A stretch of 64,000 bases of DNA from Eledone cirrhosa (lineage: Eukaryota). Positions within the stretch are counted from its first letter, which is position 1. Every line of letters begins with the position of its first letter. The DNA lies in the NCBI GenBank assembly GCA_964016885.1, contig OZ024740.1, forward strand, positions 203,670,001 to 203,734,000. The letters are read 5' to 3'. Below the pieces are notes generated by a model. The model was given only the letters and a program-made list of their open reading frames with translations, was not told where the DNA came from and made no database searches. A program made the position numbers and the translations under genes. Of this stretch, positions 26,035 to 37,800 are shown in pieces.

Positions 26035-27906
26035 TACGTGGAAAAGTAAGAAATAGGAGAACAGACCGTTAATACATGTTTATTTAAAACAGCACCTACG
26101 TACGTTTCGCCCGGATGGGCTTCTCAAGGGTATAAATAACTAAAAGTGTTCCTTATATGGCCCGGAAAGTGTTTTTGGAGGTAAGTTCACGCCAGAGTTC
26201 ATTCTTCGCAAAAAAAGGGTGTTTTGATTTTGCAGTAGGTCAAGGGAGATAACTCTGGCCGGTGTTAGGGCAGTCTTTCCCGGACAAATTTTTTATCCGT
26301 TACAAGATGTGGTTACAACCTTACCATCGTCGATACGCACAGGGTCAGGTAAGCAACGTTTGTTTTGAGACGTTTGTTTTTCTGCACCTGCCCGCCTAGG
26401 TCATTTGAAGCTGGGTCTGGGATGCATGGTTAGTTTCCGGATGTTTTTGCATCGCCTGCCCGCCGGGGTGTTAAAGCTTGTTGCAGGGAGACGCGGTATA
26501 CAGTTTCACTCCTCATCCTTCTCCCATCTGAAGAAGGATATTTTTAAGCGATGTGTAAAGCTTATCGTCGTTTCAGCTCTGCTGTTGATGAGCTCGTGGG
26601 GTGCCGTTATGATGTGGTAGAGCTCCATGAGGCAAAGATCGCACTTCCTCTTGAAGTTGTACGGTGCAGCCCTGCCGACAATATGCCAGTGCGTGAAGAA
26701 GCTGATGAAGTCTTTTAATGATGTGATGTAGTCCGCGAGCGAAGTGGAGTGTCTTAATTTCTTATTTGTGAAAGAGTGATGTGTTCGAAATCAATTTTGA
26801 ACGGGCCAGAGGTAGCCCCTATATAATGTTTAACGCTATTGTGGTTAGTTACAGTGCACTTATATATAGCCCTATCAGTCAAGTAGTATCCCCTAAGAGG
26901 GCAGCGTCCCCTGTCGCGATCCCTTCTAATTCCCACGATATCATTATTGCTATCTATGTTATTATCTACGCTCCCTCACCTGTCATTAGCACCATTATAA
27001 CCCACTGCGCGCGGGGTGGTACCATTATTATTCCGCACGTCATGTCCTGCATATTCCCCAGTCATGTCGCGGTTATGCTGGTTGCGTCTGTGGAGGCTGT
27101 TGCCAGCACTATTGGATGCTGCTAGGGAGTCGTTAGGGCCGATATAGTTATTGTCAGGTGTAGGTGCGTCTGTGCTAAAGTGCTGTGTCTTGGTGATCTT
27201 ACTGTGATTAGTTGTTCCTTTGATGTCTGCTAGGTTAGGAGTAGTACAGAAGGATATTTTTATATTGTTCCTATTAAGGATTTTTATATACCTATGATTG
27301 GGTGGGAAGTTCTTCTCTAAGGCTTCGAAGAATATCCGGGGTATGTTGGAGGCCACACTCCGAGAGTAGGGGGGATGGAACCATAGGACGTTACGGTGGC
27401 GATTACGTGTCCTTGTACGTTTGCTACGGGTGGCTCCATCAATGTGACCGTTCTTATTCACGTTAATGCGCTGTAGCCCGTTACGTGCCCCTTTCACTTT
27501 ATGCTCGGGCGCACTCTTCTTCCTTCTGCTATGTTTATGTACAAGAAGATGTTGGTTGGAAGGCGTTGGTAGTAGACCGTCGCCTTTGTTGATTTTATAG
27601 TAGGGGAATAATTCGAGTAGGCTACAGTGGTCACTGTCACCGGGGTCGTGATCTTTATTGTGTGGTAAGTTACCTATACTATCGCCAGTGTAATTAACGT
27701 TGCGGCCGTGTTCCTTAGTGCGATTATCTATACTATTATATCCGACTCCTACGAAGTCGCCGCGTGATCGGTTATAGGTATGGCTTACTATAACGTTCAT
27801 CTTATGAGGGGGGTGGTTTCTGGAGCTAGCGTTAGGGATGTAGGAAATTCCTCGGTTAAAGCCAGCGCTTATCAAGGCCCTATTGTAATAATCTGCCGCT
27901 TGGTTA
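26031..27906 (-). mobile_element. 5'-truncated, decayed Penelope-like element (RT thumb, linker, GIY-YIG, 3' UTR)
   Basis: AADYYNRALISAGF, RNVLWFHPPYS..V..NI, FPPNHRY.KILNRN.IKISF, CPLRG, AIYKCTV...YIGATSGPFK, CDLCLME. In-frame stop and a frameshift. Confidence 0.9.
26093..26133 (-). ncRNA. Minimal type I hammerhead with U3-A8 core variant
   Basis: AUACCC UUGAGAA GCCC-AUCC-GGGC GAA ACGUACGU A GGUG; palindromic stem III, AAUAAA downstream. Confidence 0.72.
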
Positions 27907-28213
27907 TATATATATTTGGGAAGCGAAAGACTCCCAGTCTTCATTAAGGCATCTCTCTCGGAGGCCACTCTGATGTAAAACCTGCGACTTCATTTGCATC
28001 CAATAGTGTAGACCAGTTCTTCTTTTTGGGTAAATGCATTCGATGTTTAGAGAGTGGGATTGGCCCCGTGCAAAGTCTTTCTCTACTTCAAAAGATTTCA
28101 AGCACAGTTATCGCATGACATGTGACATTTTTTGCGATGCATGGTATTGCTGACCATAGGCAAGTCCCTAGCAGGACTAAAAAGCCACGTTTATGAAGCT
28201 CATATATATATAT

Positions 28214-28297
<84 letters not shown>

Positions 28298-28547
28298 GAG
28301 AGGTATAGAGATTGTTTTAGCAAGAAGCTAACGGCATTCTATAACATATATGCGACTATAACGTCAAGATGGGAAAAGTAGTTAACGAAAGATTTAGGAA
28401 AAATAACTCAAACTCATCTCAAAAGAGAATCAGGATATAAATTCATCCACAGATTTTAGTGAAATCCATGGAAAAATCTATAGACCTTTAACTCATGATA
28501 AAATAAAGTCTGAAACACTTATCCTTCAATTTGGAATAACATCAAAT

Positions 28548-28628
28548 GCTCTGTATAGTCTTAAAAGTCTATTTCATGAAAACTTTCAGTGGAGATGGTC
28601 ACGGTTGGATTTCATTCATCAGCAGAGC
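28548..28628 (-). ncRNA. Type I hammerhead, array copy 1 (intact core)
   Basis: GCUCUG CUGAUGA AUGAAA-28nt-UUUCAU GAA AUAGACUU-UU-AAGACUAU A CAGAGC. Confidence 0.9.
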
Positions 28629-29177
28629 TCAACAGAAAACCAGGGCTCTCACAGTAATATAATCCGAAAAAGGGAATTCTAAAACTGGCTAGTTCGCCTT
28701 CATGTGTAATTATGAAAAAGCACATGAGGAAAAAACGGCGCTAGTGACGTCAGGATGGAAGTGAATGTTTATTTACAAGAAATAGCAGTCAAATACATTC
28801 TGAAAAAAACTCTACAAAAGGAGTTCAGCAAAATAGCAATAATTATCACAGTTTTTATGAAAAAAACCGGGATTAGTCACAGATAGTTTAAGCACTCTGG
28901 GAAAAGAATCCGAGTATAAATATAAATGAGAGGTATAGAGATTGTTTTAGCAAGAAGCTAACGGCATTCTATAACATATATGCGACTATAACGTCAAGAT
29001 GGGAAAAGTAGTTAACGAAAGATTTAGGAAAAATAACTCAAACTCATCTCAAAAGAGAATCAGGATATAAATTCACCCACAGAATTTAGTGAAATCCATG
29101 GAAAAATTTATAGACCTTTAACTCATGATAAAATAAAGTCTGAAACACTTATCCTTCAATTTGGAATAACATCAAAT

Positions 29178-29258
29178 GCTCTGTATCGTCTTAAAAGACT
29201 ATTTCATGAAAACTTTCAGTGGAGATGGTCACGGTTGGATTTCATTCACCAGCAGAGC
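29178..29258 (-). ncRNA. Type I hammerhead, array copy 2 (CUGGUGA core mutant)
   Basis: A6-to-G change and an A.G mismatch at the third pair of stem III. Confidence 0.8.
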
Positions 29259-29807
29259 TCAACAGAAAACCAGGGCTCTCACAGTAATATAATCCGAAAA
29301 AGGGAATTCTAAAACTGGCTAGTTCGCCTTCATGTGTAATTATGAAAAAGCACATGAGGAAAAAACGGGGCTAGTGACGTCAGGATAGAAGTGAATGTTT
29401 ATTTACAAGAAATAGCAGTCAAATACATTCTGAAAAAAACTCTACAAAAGGAGTTCAGCAATATAGCAATAATTATCACAGTTTTTATGAAAAAAACCGG
29501 GATTAGTCACAGATAGTTTAAGCACTCTAGGAAAAGAATCCGAGTATAAATATAAATGAGAGGTATAGAGATTGTTTTAGCAAGAAGCTAACGGCATTCT
29601 ATAACATATATGCGACTATAACGTCAAGATGGGAAAAGTAGTTAACGAAAGATTTAGGAAAAATAACTCAAACTCATCTCAAAAGAGAATCAGGATATAA
29701 ATTCACCCACAGAATTTAGTGAAATCCATGGAAAAATTTATAGACCTTTAACTCATGATAAAATAAAGTCTGAAACACTTATCCTTCAATTTGGAATAAC
29801 ATCAAAT

Positions 29808-29888
29808 GCTCTGTATAGTCTTAAAAGTCTATTTCATGAAAACTTTCAGTGGAGATGGTCACGGTTGGATTTCATTCATCAGCAGAGC
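29808..29888 (-). ncRNA. Type I hammerhead, array copy 3 (intact core)
   Basis: HHR sequence identical to copy 1. Confidence 0.9.
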
Positions 29889-30437
29889 TCAACAGAAAAC
29901 CAGGGCTCTCACAGTAATATAATCCGAAAAAGGGAATTCTAAAACTGGCTAGTTCGCCTTCATGTGTAATTATGAAAAAGCACATGAGGAAAAAACGGCG
30001 CTAGTGACGTCAGGATGGAAGTGAATGTTTATTTACAAGAAATAGCAGTCAAATACATTCTGAAAAAAACTCTACAAAAGGAGTTCAGCAAAATAGCAAT
30101 AATTATCACAGTTTTTATGAAAAAAACCGGGATTAGTCACAGATAGTTTAAGCACTCTGGGAAAAGAATCCGAGTATAAATATAAATGAGAGGTATAGAG
30201 ATTGTTTTAGCAAGAAGCTAACGGCATTCTATAACATATATGCGACTATAACGTCAAGATGGGAAAAGTAGTTAACGAAAGATTTAGGAAAAATAACTCA
30301 AACTCATCTCAAAAGAGAATCAGGATATAAATTCACCCACAGAATTTAGTGAAATCCATGGAAAAATTTATAGACCTTTAACTCATGATAAAATAAAGTC
30401 TGAAACACTTATCCTTCAATTTGGAATAACATCAAAT

Positions 30438-30518
30438 GCTCTGTATCGTCTTAAAAGACTATTTCATGAAAACTTTCAGTGGAGATGGTCACGGTTGGAT
30501 TTCATTCACCAGCAGAGC
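30438..30518 (-). ncRNA. Type I hammerhead, array copy 4 (CUGGUGA core mutant)
   Basis: HHR sequence identical to copy 2. Confidence 0.8.
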
Positions 30519-31067
30519 TCAACAGAAAACCAGGGCTCTCACAGTAATATAATCCGAAAAAGGGAATTCTAAAACTGGCTAGTTCGCCTTCATGTGTAAT
30601 TATGAAAAAGCACATGAGGAAAAAACGGGGCTAGTGACGTCAGGATAGAAGTGAATGTTTATTTACAAGAAATAGCAGTCAAATACATTCTGAAAAAAAC
30701 TCTACAAAAGGAGTTCAGCAATATAGCAATAATTATCACAGTTTTTATGAAAAAAACCGGGATTAGTCACAGATAGTTTAAGCACTCTAGGAAAAGAATC
30801 CGAGTATAAATATAAATGAGAGGTATAGAGATTGTTTTAGCAAGAAGCTAACGGCATTCTATAACATATATGCGACTATAACGTCAAGATGGGAAAAGTA
30901 GTTAACGAAAGATTTAGGAAAAATAACTCAAACTCATCTCAAAAGAGAATCAGGATATAAATTCACCCACAGAATTTAGTGAAATCCAAGGAAAAATCTA
31001 TAGACCTTTAACTCATGGTAAAATAAAGTCTGAAACACTTATCCTTCAATTTGGAATAACATCAAAT

Positions 31068-31148
31068 GCTCTGTATAGTCTTAAAAGACTATTTCATGAA
31101 AACTTTCAGTGGAGATGGTCACGGTTGGATTTCATTCATCAGCAGAGC
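31068..31148 (-). ncRNA. Type I hammerhead, array copy 5 (intact core, perfect stem III)
   Basis: GCUCUG CUGAUGA AUGAAA...UUUCAU GAA AUAGUCUU-UU-AAGACUAU A CAGAGC. Confidence 0.92.
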
Positions 31149-31240
31149 TCAACAGAAAACCAGGGCTCTCACAGTAATATAATCCGAAAAAGGGAATTCT
31201 AAAACTGGCTAGTTCGCCTTCATGTGTAATTATGAAAAAG

Positions 31241-31317
<77 letters not shown>

Positions 31318-31722
31318 TATTTACGTATCGAGAGAGAGAAAAAAGGAGGGATAGGTGATACATGTATTTATTTGCCAAATAGCCTATGCAGAAGGTGTTC
31401 AATACTATATATATATGAGTTTCATAAAAGTGGCTTTTTAGTCCTGCTAGGGACTTGCCTATGGTCAGCAATACCATGCATCGCAAAAAATGTCACATGT
31501 CAAGCGATAACTGTGCTTGAAACCTTTTTAAGTAGAGAAAGACTTTGCACGGGGCCAATCCCACTCTCTAAACATCGAATGCAATTACCCAAACAGAAGA
31601 ACTGGTCTACACTATTGGATGCAAATGAAGTCGCAGGTTTTACATCAGAGTGGCCTCCGAGAGAGATGCCTTAATGAAGACTAGGAGTCTTTCGCTTCAC
31701 ATATATATATATATAATTGGAT

Positions 31723-31848
31723 ATATGAGAGGGATAAACACAGATATAAGTATACAAGTCTTCCTATTGCAAATAACCAAGTTAGCTAGGTTGCAAAAAT
31801 ACAATTGGAACACATGTTCACTTATATCTGTGTTCATCCCTCTCATAT
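31723..31848. other. Small fold-back element with 29-bp inverted arms
   Basis: ATATGAGAGGGATAAACACAGATATAAGT / ACTTATATCTGTGTTCATCCCTCTCATAT, one mismatch. Confidence 0.8.
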
Positions 31849-31875
31849 TATATTATACAGCTCGGAAAGATTCCG

Positions 31876-34800
31876 TTACCTGGCTATATATTGGTGTTTC
31901 TTACCTGGCTATATATTGGTGTGTTTTTTACCTGGCTATATATTGGTGTGTTTCTTACCTGGCAATATATTGGTGTTTCTCACCTGGCTATATATTGGTG
32001 TTTCTTACCTGGCTATATATTGGTGTGTTTCTTACCTGGCTATATATTGGTGTTTCTTATCTGGCTATATATTGGTGTTTCTTACCTGGCTATATATTGG
32101 TATGTTTCTTACCTGGCTATATATTGGTGTGTTTCTTACCTGGCTATATATTGGTGTTTCTTACCTGGCTATATATTGGTGTTTCTTACCTGGCTATATA
32201 TTGGCATGTTTCTTACCTGGCTATATATTGGTGTGTTTCTTACCTGGCTATATATTGGTGTGTTTCTTACCTGGCAATATATTTGTATGTTTCTTACCTG
32301 GCTATATATTGGTGTGTTTCTTACCTGGCTATATATTGGTATGTTTCTTACCTGGCTATATATTGGTGTTTCTTTCCTGGCTCTATATTGATGTGTTTCT
32401 TACCTGGCTATATATTGTATGTTTCTTACCTGGCTATATATTGGTATGTTTCTTACCTGGCTATATATTGGTGTTTCTTACCTGGTTATATATTGGTATG
32501 TTTCTTACCTGGCTATATATTGGTATGTTTCTTACCTGGCTATATATTGCTATGTTTCTTACCTGGCTATATATTGGTATGTTTCTTACCTGGATATATA
32601 TTGGTGTGTTTTTTACCTGGCTATATATTGGTGTGTTTCTTACCTGGCTATATATTGGTGTGTTTCTTACCTGGCTATATATTGGTTTTTTTTTTACCTG
32701 GCTATATATTGGTGTTACTTACCTGGCTATATATTGATGTGTTTTTTACCTGGCTATATATTGGTGTGTTTCTTACCTGGCTATATATTGGTGTTTCTTA
32801 CCTGACTATATATTGGTATGTTTCTTACCTGGCTATATATTGGTGTGTTTCTTACCTGGCTATATATTGGTGTGTTTCTTACCTGGCTATATATTGGTGT
32901 TTCTTACCTGGCTATATATTGGTATGTTTCTTACCTGGCTATATATTGGTGTGTTTTTTACCTGGCTATATATTGGTGTTTCTTACCTGGCTATATATTG
33001 GTGTGTTTTTTACCTGGCTATATTTTGGTGTGTTTCTTACCTGGCTATATATTGGTGTTTCTTACCTGGCTATATATTGGTATGTTTCTTACCTGGCTAT
33101 ATATTGGTGTGCTTTTTACCTGGCTATATATTGGTGTTTCTTACCTGGCTATATATTGGTGTGTTTTTTACCTGGCTATATATTGGTGTGTTTCTTACCT
33201 GGCTATATATTGTTGTTTCTTACCTGGCTATATATTGGTATGTTTCTTACCTGGCTATATATTGGTGTGTTTCTTACCTGGCTATATATTGGTGTGTTTC
33301 TTACCTGGCTATATATTGGTGTTTCTTACCTGGCTATATATTGGTATGTTTCTTACCTGGCTATATATTGGTGTGTTTTTTACCTGGCTATATATTGGTG
33401 TTTCTTACCTGGCTATATATTGGTGTGTTTTTTACCTGGCTATATATTGGTGTGTTTCTTACCTGGCAATATATTGGTGTTTCTTACCTGGCTATATATT
33501 GGTATGTTTCTTACCTGGCTATATATTGGTGTGTTTCTTACCTGGCTATATATTGGTGTGTTTCTTACCTGGCTATATATTGGTGTTTCTTACCTGGCTA
33601 TATATTGGTATGTTTCTTACCTGGCTATATATTGGTGTGTTTTTTACCTGGCTATATATTGGTGTGTTTCTTACCTGGCTATATATTGGTGTTTCTTACC
33701 AGGCTCCTGGCTATATATTGGTGTTTCTTACCAGGTTATATATTGGTGCTTCTTACCTGGCTATATATTGGAGTTTCTTACCTGGCTATATATTGGTATG
33801 CTGCTTAGCTGGCTTTATATTGGTGTTTCTTACCTGGCTATATATTGGTGTTTCTTACCTGGCTATATATTGGTATGTTGCTTACCTGGCTATATATTGG
33901 TGTATTTATTACCTGGCTATATATTGGTGTTTCTTACCTGGCTATATATTGGTGTGTTTCTTACCTGGCAATATATTTGTATGTTTCTTACCTGGCTATA
34001 TATTGGTGTGTTTCTTACCTGGCTATATATTGGTATGTTTCTTACCTGGCTATATATTGGTGTTTCTTACCTGGCTCTATATTGATGTGTTTCTTACCTG
34101 GCTATATATTGTATGTTTCTTACCTGGCTATATATTGGTATGTTTCTTACCAGGCTATATATTGGTGTTTCTTACCTGGTTATATATTGGTATGTTTCTT
34201 ACCTGGCTATATATTGGTATGTTTCTTACCTGGCTATATATTGCTATGTTTCTTACCTGGCTATATATTGGTATGTTTCTTACCTGGTTATATATTGGTG
34301 TGTTTTTTACCTGGCTATATATTGGTGTGTTTCTTACCTGGCTATATATTGGTTCTTTTTTTACCTGGCTATATATTGGTGTTACTTACCTGGCTATATA
34401 TTGATGTGTTTTTTACCTGGCTATATATTGGTGTGTTTCTTACCTGGCTATATATTGGTGTTTCTTACCTGACTATATATTGGTATGTTTCTTACCTGGC
34501 TATATATTGGTGTGTTTCTTACCTGGCTATATATTGGTGTGTTTCTTACCTGGCTATATATTGGTGTTTCTTATCTGGCTATATATTAGTATGTTTCTTA
34601 CCTGGCTATATATTGGTGTGTTTTTTACCTGGCTATATATTGGTGTTTCTTACCTGGCTATATATTGGTGTGTTTTTTACCTGGCTATATTTTGGTGTGT
34701 TTCTTACCTGGCTATATATTGGTGTTTCTTACCTGGCTATATATTGGTATGTTTCTTACCTGGCTATATATTGGTGTGCTTTTTACCTGGCTATATATTG

Positions 34801-37800
34801 GTGTTTCTTACCTGGCTATATATTGGTGTGTTTTTTACCTGGCTATATATTGGTGTGTTTCTTACCTGGCTATATATTGTTGTTTCTTACCTGGCTATAT
34901 ATTGGTATGTTTCTTACCTGGCTATATATTGGTGTGTTTCTTACCTGGCTATATATTGGTGTGTTTCTTACCTGGCTATATATTGGTGTTTCTTACCTGG
35001 CTATATATTGGTATGTTTCTTACCTGGCTATATATTGGTGTGTTTTTTACCTGGCTATATATTGGTGTTTCTTACCTGGCTATATATTGGTGTGTTTTTT
35101 ACCTGGCTATATATTGGTGTGTTTCTTACCTGGCAATATATTGGTGTTTCTTACCTGGCTATATATTGGTATGTTTCTTACCTGGCTATATATTGGTGTG
35201 TTTCTTACCTGGCTATATATTGGTGTGTTTCTTACCTGGCTATATATTGGTGTTTCTTACCTGGCTATATATTGGTATGTATCTTACCTGGCTATATATT
35301 GGTGTGTTTTTTACCTGGCTATATATTGGTGTGTTTCTTACCTGGCTATATATTGGTGTTTCTTACCAGGCTCCTGGCTATATATTGGTGTTTCTTACCA
35401 GGTTATATATTGGTGCTTCTTACCTGGCTATATATTGGAGTTTCTTACCTGGCTATATATTGGTATGTTGCTTACCTGGCTTTATATTGGTGTTTCTTAC
35501 CTGGCTATATATTGGTGTTTCTTACCTGGCTATATATTGGTATGTTGCTTACCTGGCTATATATTGGTGTATTTATTACCTGGCTATATATTGGTGTTTC
35601 TTACCTGGCTATATATTGGTATGTTTCTTACGTGGCTATATATTGGTGTTTCTTACCTGGCTCTATATTGATGTGTTTCTTACGTGGCTATATATTGGTA
35701 TACTTCTCACCTGGCTATACATTGGTGTGTTTTTCACCTGGCTATATATTGGTATGTTTCTTACCTGGCTATATATTGGTATGTTTCTTACCTGGCTATA
35801 TATTGGTGTGTTTCTTACCTGGCTATATATAGGTGTGTTTCTTACCTGGCTATATATTGGTGTGTTTCTTACCTGGCTATATATTGGTGTTCTTTACCTG
35901 GCTATATATATTGGTATGTTTCTTACCTGGCTATATATTGGTATGTTTCTTACCTGCCTATATATTGGTGTTTCTTACCTGGCTATATATTTGTGTGTTT
36001 TTTACCTGGCTATATATTGGTGTTTCTTATCTGGCTATATATTGGTATGTTTCTTACCTGGCTATATATTGGTATTGCTTACCTGGCTATATATTGGTGT
36101 TTCTTACCTGGCTATATATTGGTGTTTCTTACCTGGATATATATTGGTGTTTCTTACCTGGCTATATATTGGTATGTTGCTTACCTGGCTATATATTGGT
36201 GTATTTATTACCTGGATATATATTGGTATGTTTCTTACCTGGCTATATATTGTTGTGTTTCTTACCTGGCTATATATTGGTGTTTTTTACCTGGCTATAT
36301 ATTGGTGTGTCTTACCTGGCTATATATTGGAGTTTCCTACCTGGCTATATATTGGTGTGTTTCTTACCTGGCTATATATTGGTGCTTCTTACCTGGCTAT
36401 ATATTGGAGTTTCTTACCTGGCTATATATTGGTATTTTTCTTACCTGACTATATATTGGTGTTTCTTACCTGGCTATATATTGGTGTTTCTTACCTGGCT
36501 ATATATTGGTGTTTCTTACCTGGCTATATATTGGTATATGCTTACCTGGCTATATATTGGTGTGTTTCTTACCTGGCTATATATTGGTGTGTTTCTTACC
36601 TGGCTATATATTGGTATTGCTTACCTGGCTATATATTGCTATGTTTCTTACCTAGCTATATATTGGTGTTTCCTACCTGGCTATATATTGGTGCTTCTTA
36701 CCTGGCTATATATTGGTGTGTTTCTTACCTGGCTATATATTGGTGTTTCTTACCTGGCTATATATTGGTGTTTCTTACTTGGCTATATATTGGTATGTTT
36801 CTTACCTGGCTATATATTGGTATGTTTCTTACCTGGCTATATATTGGTTTTTCTGACCTGGCTCTATATTGATGTGTTTTTTACCTGGCTATATTTTGGT
36901 GTGTTTCTAACCTGGCTATATATTAGTGTGTTTCTTACATGGCTATATATTGGTGTGTTTCTTACCTGGCTATATATTGGTATGTTTCTTACCTGGCTAT
37001 ATATTGGTGTGTTTCTTACCTGGCTATATATTGGTGTTTCTTACCTGGCTATATATTGGTATGTTTCTTACCTGGCTATATATTGGTGTGTTTCTTACCT
37101 GGCTATATATTGGTGTTTCTTACCTGGCTATATATTGATGTGTTTCTTACCTGGCTATATATTGGTGTTTCTTACCTGGCTATATATTGGTGTGTTTTTT
37201 ACCTGGCTATATTTTGGTGTGTTTCTTACCTGGCTATATATTGGTATGTTTCTTACCTGGCTATATATTGGTGTGTTTCTTACCTGGCTATATATTGGTA
37301 TGTTTCTTACCTGGCTATATATTGGTATGTTTCTTACCTGGCTATATATTGGTGTTTCTTAACTGGCTATATATTGGTATGTTTCTTACCTGGCTATATA
37401 TTGGTATGTTTCTTACCTGGCTATATATTGGTGTTTCTTACCTGGCTATATATTGGTATGTTTCTTACCTGGCTATATATTGGTGTTTCTTACCTGGCTA
37501 TATATTGGTGTGTTTCTTACCTGGCTATATATTGGTGTGTTTCTTACCTGGGTATATATTAGTGTGTTTCTTACCTGGCTATATACTGGTGTTTCTTACC
37601 TGGCTATATATTGGTGTGTTTCTTACCTGGCTATATATTGGTATGTTTCATACCTGGCTATATATTGGTGTTTCTTACCTGGCTATATATTGATGTGTTT
37701 CTTACCTGGCTATATATTGGTGTGTTTCTTACCTGGCTATATATTGGTATGTTTCTTACCTGGTTATATATTGGTGTTTCGTACCTGGCTATATATTGGT

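Larger units (their letters stand above)
28291..31245 (-). mobile_element. Retrozyme-like tandem array: ~4.7 x 630-bp units, one type I hammerhead per unit
   Basis: Exact 630-bp period (28291, 28921, 29551, 30181, 30811), non-coding, bounded by (TA)n on both sides. Confidence 0.88.
27917..31701. mobile_element. Element with 287-bp terminal inverted repeats (27917-28203 and 31415-31701) enclosing the HHR array
   Basis: The arms are reverse complements with about 9 mismatches by eye. Outer ends TGGGAAGCGAAAG / TGTGAAGCGAAAG, both in TA tracts. Confidence 0.8.

Noticed and set aside
26976-26978. In-frame TGA in the PLE ORF as possible selenocysteine (reported for some Naiad PLEs)
   Set aside because: It lies in a low-complexity linker, not at a conserved Cys. 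The copy also has a frameshift and lost cysteines, and no SECIS was identified.
28798-28850. Possible plus-strand second ribozyme in the 630-bp unit (CTGAAAA AAACTC...GAGTT)
   Set aside because: 3-8 mismatch and no GAAA after the hairpin; no support for an ambisense ribozyme pair.
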